Positions 47,602-59,600 of a DNA stretch of 61,026 nucleotides are shown piece by piece (the first letter of the stretch is position 1; each line of letters opens with the position of its first letter). Source of the stretch: an uncultured Lachnospiraceae bacterium. Lineage in GTDB: Bacteria > Bacillota > Clostridia > Christensenellales > UBA1242. The notes under the pieces were generated by a model. It was not told where the DNA came from. It made no database searches and saw only the letters and a program-made list of their open reading frames with translations. The DNA lies in the NCBI GenBank assembly GCA_964489405.1, contig CAZAYL010000003.1, positions 1 to 61,026 on the forward strand, written 5' to 3'. A program made the translations under genes and the position numbers.

Positions 47602-50600
47602 ATGAGTAAATTAGAATCAAGAGAAAAGATTGAAAAAAGAGTTAAGGCTCGCGAAATGTGGCTGAGAATATTGACTATTTTCGCACTGCTTGTTATGGTC
47701 ACAGGTTTGGCACTTTTCATATATTTCCAAACCTCATATCAAACACGCATCCAGCTAGACACGCCAGCAAATGTTCGCGTCGAGAAGCTAGGCGACAGCG
47801 TGTACCTAAAATTCGACAAAGTCAAGAATGCGACTGCCTATCGTTATAGCATTGACAACCATATTATCCAAGTCGGTGCCGATGACCTTAATGTCGATAT
47901 CACAGCGCTTGTCGAATCTCCAAAGAAATATAAAATTTCGGTGCAAGCTATCGCTGAAAGCGGTTTTAAAAATAGCGAAATCTCCTATGCGGAAGATTTT
48001 GTCGTTACAAAGACCCTCGCGCAACCAATAGCGGATATCGATAAATATGATTCGAAACTCGTGTGGGTCAACGTCGACGGCGCGGATATGTATGAAGTTA
48101 CAATTATCGTAAACTCCGACATCACCGAACCAACAACCGCGCTTGTAAGTAAGAACGAATTTGACATAAGCGATATCGTAGACGACTATACAAAAAAATA
48201 TTCATTCTCAGTCAAAGCTCTTGCCGAAAATGAATATATCAATCAATCTGCATCCTCAAATGCAGTCGAACACAGTCTAAAAGGTAGACTGACTGAACCA
48301 ACCTCACTATCATACGACGAAAATACCCACAAACTCACTTGGGACGCCGTCGAGAATGCAAGCACATACACAGTTGTTTTGTCGCACGGCAATCTCGAAC
48401 CTCAAAAATTCATTTGCTCATCAAATTACATATATTTTAATTCTCAAGACGTGCAAACTATAGGCGAATATGAAGTTTATGTTTACGCCAACAACGTGCA
48501 ATCGCAAGGACTTGACGAAGAAGTTACTTGGTTCCTTGCAAGTGAAAAATCTGAAATCATCTCATTCTCCGTCTATGAGAAACTCGCAACTCCAAACGGG
48601 CTCCGCTACCAAATGAATGGCGAACTCGTATGGTTTAGTTGGGATAGCGTTCCGAACGCATACAGTTATACAATCGAACTCGTCAATGCCGAATCAGTTG
48701 CATTCTACCAAAAGAATACAGTCGCTAACGAAATCAATTTACGTCGCGACCTCGAGGGCGCAATCGGAGGAGATTTTAGAATAAGAGTCAAAGCAAATGG
48801 TTATGGATATTATTACACAAGCGACTTTAGCGCAATTATGGAACTTAACGTCCTTGACAAATTCGCACCCGTCCAAAATATCGAAGTTTTGGAAAATGGC
48901 AAATATTTGACATTCACAGCGCCAGCAAAAAGTGCCGTCAGCAATGTCAAATTTGCACCAAAAAATGGCTACAAAGTTGTGATATTAGATGAAAATGACA
49001 ATGAAATATATAATCAAACAATCTATAGCACACTTTTGGATACATCCACAATTTTCACACAGCCAATTGCATACAAAATCTCAATCAATACCAATGCATA
49101 CGGCTATTTCCGCGCATCAGAAATAACAACAGCGCAGTATTGCCACCAAGAAGTTTTGAAAACGCCAACAAATGTTACGCTTTACAAACAGACATCCACC
49201 GAAACAAACGGAACTGGCGAAATTGTCGAAATAAACACAATGAAATTGTCATTTACAGGGGACATCAACGCAACCGACTACACTTTATGGTTTGAGGGCG
49301 TCGAATACCAAAATATTTTAACAAATAAAACCTATTCAGGTTTTGCAACAAAAACAATTGACGATGTAAACAAAGTCGCGACACTTGAAATTGACATTTC
49401 AAGTTTTTCCGCAAGCATTTTGGGTTATGACCCATTGACAATCGCAAAGAAATACTCAGCGAAGGTAAAATGTATCGGCAACGTCGGCGACAGCGAGATG
49501 CTTGCAGGGTACAAAGATAGTAAATTTAGCCCAGTTACAATGTTTGAGAACAAAATCAAGTTGCAAGCACCTCAAGTACTACTAGTCGAAAATGTCGATG
49601 AAGAAAAAGTTATACTTTATTTCTCGCAAATTGACAATGCAACAAGCTACAATATTAGAATTACAAGTGCAATTTCTGGCGTAACAAGTGTTATGACATC
49701 GCGTTTGACGACCTGCAATATCCATTCAATAATTTCCGCAGGTAATAATAGCATTACGCTAACCGCCGTCGGGTCAGGTTACTATGAAAATTCCGACCCT
49801 AGCGAAACGATAGAATACAACTACGAGCCAATCTTGAAAGCGCCAAACGACGTCGAAATTACCGAAGAAACGCTCGAAGGTAGTGTGCATTACTATGCAA
49901 CATTTACAACAACGCGCTTTGCTGAATATTATTACGTCGACATTCGAAAAACGCACGAATTGCAAACAATCAACGGCACAAAGCAAGCAGTCGAATTAAC
50001 GGGCGCAATTTTTGAAACACTAAGCACAAAATTTAGCAAAGGAACACTAAAAACAAATTGCGACATTACTGAATACCTTACAAACAACGGCTTTGGCAAA
50101 TATGAAGTGAAAGTTCGCGCCGTTTTTGAGCAACCAGAAGTGCCAGAAACACCATTTATATACTCAAAAAAAGATTCAAATATCGCCACATACACGTATT
50201 TTGACCAACAACCAGCGCCAACCAATCTTGCGTTTGACAAAACAACAAAAATTTTGACATTCACAGGCACCGAAACAGCGCAAAAAGGATACATAATCCG
50301 CGTAAAACTCGAACAATCTGACGGAAGTTTTATCACAAATGAAATTTCAACGCTTGAAACAACCGTCGACCTATCAGAAACAATCGCCATTCTCGGCGGT
50401 GTCGGCAAATTCACAATCAGCGCAATGACGCGCAAAGTCGACGAATTATTCCTTGGCAATTCTGCTTGGGCAACATTAGAGCCAGTGGAAATTCGCATCA
50501 AACTCGCCGACCCAACTAATTTCCAATATAGCGATAGTTTACAAGAAGTGTCGTGGACAAGTGATTTGCGAATGGAATATGAGTACCTAAAATTGACGTT

Positions 50601-53600
50601 TAGGAACAAATCAATTTCATACACACTTCGCGAAATTACAGACGATTCATTCAATTTGAGCTTTGTGAGCTTGCGCGAGTACATCAAGCAGTATGGCGAC
50701 GGCTTCTATGAATTTACAGTGCAAAGTTTCTCGCACAAAAATATGGTCGACGATTCTGAAATTGTTACATATACATACACAAAATACGTCCAACTCGATT
50801 CGCCAGTGCTCATCTCCGTAATGGATAGAAATAATTACGTTGAAGCCAAATTCGCGACAAGCGAAAACGCGAAAACATACGCAATCATCGCGAAACTCCC
50901 AACCGAAGAAGTTTGGACAAAGATAAAAACAAACATCGAAGACAATGGGGAAGATGAAATCACAGTCGACATCAAAGCGGAACTCAGTAAATTGTACGGC
51001 GCAAACAAATACGACATCGCCGTCATCGCCGAAACATACGACTATTTCCAAGAAAGTCAACCGAGCAACAGCTTGCCATTTGAATTGTGGCTCAAGTTTT
51101 CACCGCCCGCAAATCTAACAGCCGAATATGATGAGGAGCAAGGCAAGTACTACGCCCTGTGGGACGCCGTTTCATACGCCGAAACATACTCATTTACAGT
51201 GAACGAACGCGTAATTGCTAGCGACATCACAAATACAAAATTCGACCTAACAAGCGTTATCGGCGACGAATCAACGGGCAAATTCTTGCTTGGCGTCCGC
51301 GTCAACGCAACAGGCTACTATTATAATAGTCTATACACAACATACGACTTTTATCTATCAAGCGCACTATCCGCGCCAACAATCACGTATGACGACAAAA
51401 CGCACAAGCTTGCGATATCTAAGCAGGGTGGCGAAATAGGATACGCTCTATACATCGACTATTTTGCGACCGAAAGCGCACTCTCAAGCAAAACACCAAC
51501 AAATCATCTTGAATACGAAAATATCCAAGCCACAATCATCAATTTAACCAACACAATGGAAATCACAGGGCTCGGCATCTACGTAATCAAAGTCAAAGCG
51601 CTCGGCGACGGTGTCTATTGGCAAAATTCAGATTGGTCAGAAGAATTGAAAGCATATTATACTGAACCACTCGCGCCACTAACCGCCCTTAATGTCGACA
51701 AGCGTCAAAACGGCGGGCAAATTGAAAATTACATCGTCATCACAAAACCAACCGACGTAATATATGAAAATGCGCTCATTCAATATGTGTTCTATGAAAT
51801 AGACAATATCGACAGCGACATACAATCAGAGCAAACCCCAGCACTTACAATCGTAGACAACCGCACCGAATTTAAAATCGAAAGGCTATCCAGCGCCAAA
51901 TACTACAAAGTCGTCGCAACGATTCTCGGCGTGTATGACAATTTCCAAACATATTCAAACAACTTGACAAGCACCGAATTAAATACCGCAATCAGCGCTC
52001 TCGCTTATTACGTAAATTCGGAAGAAAAATCAGTCAATTTTTCGACATTCGGAAATCAACTTTCCGCCCCAATTATTCAAAGCATCGCAATGACCGCGGA
52101 AAAGCAAATAACTATCACATTTGCCAAAGTTCTCAATGCCGAAACATACACCTTAATTGTTGCAAGACAAAGTAAAAACGCAGTTATATATGAAAAAGTC
52201 ATCAACGCAGAAAATACCGACGCCACAATTGGCACCGACGCAATTACCGTAACACTCAGCGCAACAACCGCAGATTTTGCCGATGAATACGACATCTATA
52301 ACATCAAACTTTGCGCAAATGACGTACTTGTTGACCCAACAAGCGAAGAAATTGCTTACGCAAAATCGCCAAACACCGAAATCGATTTTGCATACACAAC
52401 CACACTTTCTACGCCAACAGTTTCATTTTACGAGTTAAATGACGGCACATTGAGAATAGAAGTTTCAAACATCGAGTTTGCGACAGGTTATGAACTCGAG
52501 TTGAAAGTCAATGGTTTTGCGCAAATATATTCGCTTACAGATACATATATCGACTTCTCTAGCGCACAATATGGTGCATACATCGCGCGCGCAAAAGCAC
52601 TCGGCGATGAATATCACAAAAATAGCGACTGGAGCGCAAGTGAAGAATACACGTACAGAAATCAACTTGCTAGCGTCGAGAAAGTCGAAATCATTTCAAA
52701 TGGGGACGTCGCCACTCTCGCAACGCGCATTTATGCGCAGTGGAACGAAGTCAACGGCGCAAAAATGTACGGCGTTAAAGTCGATAAGGACGGCACCAAA
52801 ATTGGCGAATACGAAACCAACAAAACCTACTATGACCTTATTAACATATTCAAAGCAAATGGTTATGGCACTTACACCGTTTGGGCGAAAACAAACAGCG
52901 ATGGCGCATATATCATAGGCGAAAGCAAATACACAAAGTATGACACATATCAATACAAAGGGCAGTTTGAAGTGCCATTCAGTTTCGAAATCACCTATGA
53001 CTATAATACATCCGTATATCCAACAAAATTGACCTACCTTACAAAATTCAGCGCAGTCAGTGGCGCCAAGAAGTACATCATAACAATCTATGCAAATGAT
53101 GAAGAAAAAACCAAAGTCAAAGAATTTGAGTTGTATGCAAGCGCCCTTTCTTTGGAAAACGACATCTACAATGCCGACATCTCTGAATACCTAAAGGACA
53201 TCGACGGCGGAGTCTACAACGCTACAATTAAAGTCGCCGAAACAAGCGCAAACCTAGCAAGCGAAGAGAGTGAAAGTATAAGTTTCACAAACTATCATCT
53301 CTACAAAGACCCATCCCTAACCGCAAAACAATTCGGCGAAAGACCATTTATCCGCGTGAATTTCATTGAAATATCCAACGCCAATTACTATTCATTGTAT
53401 ATCAATGATACCTTGTATGAAGTAAATGGGGAGAAATTCCAATTTATAAGCGGGTATATCGATATTTCCGCACAATACCTAAATATTGGGCAAGAAAACA
53501 CCTTTATTCTCGAAATAATTGAAGAGCCAAGCGCATATTATCTCAACACCTACTATCGCGTCAAAGTGTCCAATTTCACATTCAAGCTTTCAAGTGTCGA

Positions 53601-56600
53601 AAATATCGCCATTGAGCAAACAAGCAAAACGCAAATCGCAGACGGCGAAAATAACTACATCTGGTTATCATTCGACCAAGTCGACTATGCCACAGATTAT
53701 GAACTTTATATTGACAACGAAAAGGTTGAAACATTACAAGCAGGGCAAGAAAAGTACGACATTTCCGCACTTTTTGCAAATAGAATGCCAAAGGACAACT
53801 ACAAAATTGAGCTTATTGCCATAGATAGTGCCGACAAACTCACAAGAAGTGATTCAAAAATATACACATTCGACTACACCTTGCAATTCTCCGCCCCAAC
53901 CAACCTAACAATGTCAGACGACACGCAAATTTCCGCAACGTGGGCAGAACCACAAAACTTGCAATCATTCCAAACTCTCGCAACCGAAAACAGCATAGCA
54001 TTTGGCGAGCAAAAATACAAAATAATTGTCTACTATATTCTCAATAGCGCGGAAAACGAAGTCAAGCAAATTACCGACATCAGTTCAAATTCATACGACT
54101 TGACAAGTATCGTGAACGAACCAGGCACTTGGCGTATCGACGTCTACGCTAGCGCAAACGGCGCATTCGACGAGTCAATCACGTGTGCAAGTACAACATA
54201 CAATTATGTCTTGACGCTAGACGCAGTCCAAAATGTAAAAATTAGTCAAGACAATGGGACATACTCCTTGAGTTTCGACAAAGTCAATGAATATAATTAT
54301 ACCTACGCAAAAGATTATTACCTAAATAATCTCTACTACAAGATATATGTTAATGGTGGTTTAGTATATACCCCAACACACACAGGGCTTCCAAGCAATC
54401 CAGTTATTAACATCACAAATAAATTGTGGGGTGGCGACAACATCATCTATGTCATTACAGCAAATGACAAAGTCGCACACTTTATCGAAAGCGAGCAATC
54501 TAATAGCGCAGAATGCACATATTCCACGCAATTTACCACGCTATTCCATGCCGAAGGCATCAACGACGAGAAAAACAACAAGCAATTGTTTAGATTCGAC
54601 AGCTTTAACGTCAACGGAATGACTAGCGATGAAATTCTAGATTTGACATATACGCTCTCAATCTATAACATCGACGGCGTACTCATAAGCACTAAAGACG
54701 ACTACAAAGCGGAGCGTTACAACTCATCAAAGCTCCAAATTGACATCACAAGCGTCATCAATGGCCAGCCAGGTTCATACCAAATCATCGCGAAAATCAA
54801 CGCGTACCAAAAATCGTTCCTACTCGGCGAAAAAACAATCAACTTTGCGATGAATGAAAGTGACACTGTTACCATTTCCTATGACCACAAATTGCGCGCC
54901 GACACGCCAAAACTCAGCTTGCTCGTCATCGACATCGACGGAAATGAAAGAGATGCAAACATAGGACTCGAAATGCAAGAGATGTGGCTCACATTCGACG
55001 TCAAATTTTCCGACGCATTCCTTGCCCGCGCAAGCGAACTTGAATACACCCTACTCATCAACGACAGTGAATACTATTTGACTTTGCCATACAGCACCGA
55101 CAAAATCGGGCAAACAGTAACCGCAAGTGGGTCAATGGTTACCAATTCGGAAATAGTCAAAGTTTCAACGCGCGTAAAAATTACCGAACGCACCGAGTCT
55201 AGTGAGCGCAAAATTTCGCTCTCGTTCTCAATCATCGAACTTATAGAGAAAGACGGCTTCAATATCTACAAGTCAGGCGTCATCAACATCAAAGCAAAGT
55301 CTGCCGAGCAAGGGTATTATCTCGAGTCAACCTATCAAATTAATTCCTTGAGATATGACTATTACCTAAGGTACAAGACACCAACAGGGCTTGAATATGT
55401 TACACGCCAAGACGGCGCACACTACATCAAATGGGACGTGCCAACCCACGCACACGTTAGCAACTACTATGACATCATAGACACCTACAATGTTACCATT
55501 GAGTCTATGGGCGTCATAGACGAATCAGGAAGCGCATCCAACCCGCATAATACATTAGGGGGCAAACATTCGTGCAATTTTACCCGCGACGAAATAATTG
55601 TCGAAAATGGATATCTATATTACAATATCGAGAACCTTTTGTTCGCAGGGCACAACACAATCAGTCTAAAATGCAATGAGTCTAAAGCCAATTATTACCT
55701 AGAGTCCTTTGCAACCACGATTGAAAATAATGAATATTATAAGAAAATCAAAACCCCAGAATTTACAGTCGATGACCTTGACACTAACACGAAAGGCAAC
55801 GACAACGCAGTCAAAGGGGTCAAAATTAATATTATAAATTACGACAATGACGGCGACTATGATAAGGAACTAAATAAAGTAATCAATTACAATTCAAGCG
55901 CGCTCTATCGCGTCGAAATTACAAGCCAATCTGAATGTAAATCTACTACTAAGAACCCAAGCCAAAGCGCCTATATGGATTACTCAGTTATTTTCAAAGT
56001 AAACAAAAGTGGTACATTTGAAATAATTAATGGCGCAGACTATGTGTTAAGTTACAAGATAAAATTTAGCACAATCAACAATTGTGGCACGCTCCAAATT
56101 GAGTGGCAATTTGCGGAACCAGGGCGTTACACATACTCAATAACCGCACTCGGCGATGAAGCAAACTACACGCTCGATAGCGACACGCAAACACTCGCGC
56201 ACGACACCACATACAGCGCACCAACCTTAACCGCAACACTCTCAATTTATCATTACGACAAGAATAGCAATGAAGTGTTGCGTACAGGGGAGAACACAAC
56301 CACAACAAGAATGAGTAAAATTGTGCTCGAATGGCAAACAGATTTAAGTTATTTCTATAATGCGGAATATGAACTCACAATCGAAGGTTCATACAATAGT
56401 GGAGAAAAAAATTCGTTTGTGGTCAAAATTACTAATCAAACGTCAATTACATTTAGCAAAGATGAAAATGGTGCTATTTTTTACGAAATTATGTATAGAC
56501 CCGCAAATTACACATTTACGCTAAAAAGTTTAGCAAAAACAAGTGCAGTGTCAGCGGGGGCTTCAGATGAAATGACATATTACTATATAAGTACAGGGAA

Positions 56601-59600
56601 AAAAATGTCATACAACTACTATGTCCAAATCGATAAGCCACAAGAATTATCTATCGACGAAACCTACCCCAATCAATACATCAAAGTCAAAATTCCGCAA
56701 TATCTCATTGATGCAGGAATTCAAGATAAAACTGCCCAAATTACTGCATCTTATAAAATTGAGCAACTTGAGTATAATGTAGGAGAAACAGCGTGTGCTT
56801 CTAATTCAGATTCTAACACAGTCAAACTCGGCGCAGAAGCAAACTACTATTATATCAATGTTACAGATAAGCTGTATCCGGGTAAGAACAAAATCACACT
56901 TTGGTTCAACGAAATCTCCAAGCAATACTTCACGCAGAGCGATTCGCTTGAAGTCCAATGTGACTACATTGCCACGCTCGCGCAAATAGACACAGTTACT
57001 TACGAAAACCTTTATGACACTAGTGGGTATATCAAAGGTTTTGCACTTAGTTTTAATAATGTCAACTACAATACGCACTTTGCCTATAGACTGGACATTG
57101 AAGGAACACAGTGGAATCAAAATTTTCGAAAGAGTTTACTTTTGAAATCAACTAGCACCTATGATAAAACATTATGCTATACAATATCATACGGAGATGA
57201 CAGCATTGCAGAACAAGCAAAAGTAAGCGCTAGTGGTTTACGTACTCGCAAAGGCACAACTAATGGGTATACATATAGTCCCTACAGCTACAGCCCTTGT
57301 GTGAAAAAAAGTGGCAATTATGTGATGACATTCCTTGTCCTAATCGACGGCGGATTGCCAGATGAATACTCAATCAAAATCACATCTATCGGCGAGCTCA
57401 AAGTCAATAGCAATAGCGAAGTGAATCCACTGCTTAGTGATTTGAATAGTTTAAAAAAGGATGGCACTACACTCGCAACAAGGAGTTCAGAACCTAAAGA
57501 ATTGTTTTACATTATGAAAGGCATACTCAAGCAAGCGAACTTGTCAATCGGTGTTAAGAACAATGGGGAATTCAAAGAAGCAACTTCGAACTCAACTTCA
57601 AATGCTGTTGCATATGTGTATAATACTGATAACCCCGGCAATTCATTCAGTTGCTTATCCTATTCAACAAATCAAAATTCAAAGACATTTTCAGGAAAAT
57701 ACAATAGCAATGTATATTTAAAAGTTACCTTACCTAAAAACGACTACCAAGCAACAAAATATGGTTTATACTGGACTTTGGGAAACACATCCGATTCTGG
57801 GTATATGACTGTTTTAAATATAGATGAAACTAACGGGAATTATTATGAAAGTGGATATTCTGAAGTTGAAATTGTCACTGAGGGCGAGTCAGTGGTAGCA
57901 TACATTGACCTTGTTGAAATTGGAGCACTTAGTTATAGGGGCGCTTATACATTCTGGATAACTGCAATAAACGAAAGTACAGTTGGTTCTAATGAGTATG
58001 TCTATGAAAATCCCAAGGTTGATTCAATTACGCGCTTTGCAAATCGTTTTGATAAAGTCAATACACCTACACTTGGAACAAAAAGCTCATTTGATTTTGT
58101 TGAAGAGCAATATATAGAAATTACAAACTTTGGTAGATATTCACTCGACAAATATAATACTAGGGAATATAAAATCAAAGTAACAATTACTGAAAAGGAT
58201 GAAAATGGAAAGACTTTAGAATATTCCTTTGAATTTTCTAACAATTCAATCAATAGTAATTATTCTGCAGAAGAACTATATCCATATTATCAGTATAGTT
58301 CCCTTTATATTCCGTATGCCTATTTGGAAGAGAAATTTGAAGAAAAAGGATTTGTTTTTGGTAATATTTATGTAAAAATATACATAGACGTAACCGAGTC
58401 GGATTACTTGTGGGATTCAGATGATTCTGACCCAGCAATAATACAATACAAAGGTTACATCGAATTTCCAAACTTTGCAAAAAACGAAGCCGAATTCAAT
58501 GGTGGCACATACGAAAATCCGGGAAGTGGCACAGCATATACAGAATATACCTTTGGAAATGATAGTGAAATTCCAACTAAGATTACAGCGAAATATCTCA
58601 TCAATGCAAACAAGAAATTTTTAAATAACTCAAAATACAAACTTAGACTAAAGGTTTGGAACTCTACAAATTACAAAACACTTGATTTAGAATTAGGAAA
58701 CAACAAATCTTTGGAGGTATTTAACATTAAAAAAGAAGGAACTAAGGAAGGAATTTTACATGATATATTGGAAACGAACTTCACATACGGCGAACACACA
58801 CTCGGTATGCAAATTGAAGGACTGTATTATTCTGATGACAAGGAAGAAGTTCCCGATACCGCATATTATTATGATAAAGGCACATATTGGATAAATTTTG
58901 TAGTCAAGTATAAGTTGCGCGCCCCAACAGTTGAATTTGAATTAGATAATAACAATATAAAATTGAATAGTTTGAATATAAAATATTACTTTAAAGAATT
59001 GAATGAAAATGAAATTGATACAATTTATAAGGATAAGGATACTTATGTTAAGTATAATATTAAAAGTGATTCTTGGTCTAGCGAGGGAAGTTCAAATATA
59101 AATATTGATAAAGATGGTGTACAAAAAATTATATTAGATAATGAAGATAATAAAGATAATGAAAATACGGGCAAATTCGAAGCAAAGGTTTACTTATCGT
59201 GTAGTAATAACTACATACTTGACTCGGATGAAGTCTCTTGTTCCCAAATAGTCAAGAGCCTACCGGGTGTATCGTCCGCATATATTGACATTGAGAAAAA
59301 AATTGATACAAATGGCACCACATATAATAACGTAAAACTCACTATTAAGGTCCAAGAAGTCAAAACATTTAATTCAAATGCTACCGTAACGTTTAAAGAT
59401 GGCGAGTTGAGAGTAGAGTACTTTAAATTTGAGCTTTATCTTATTAATGTCGCAAATGCAAACACAGGAACTATCAGTGAAGAGTATACGGGTAGCATTA
59501 GTCGCATACAAGCCGATTTAAATCGTGATTTTAATTCATTAATGTCCAATACTTCCAAAAACGCTTTTGCGCCAGGGAGATATTATTTCAAGATAAGAAT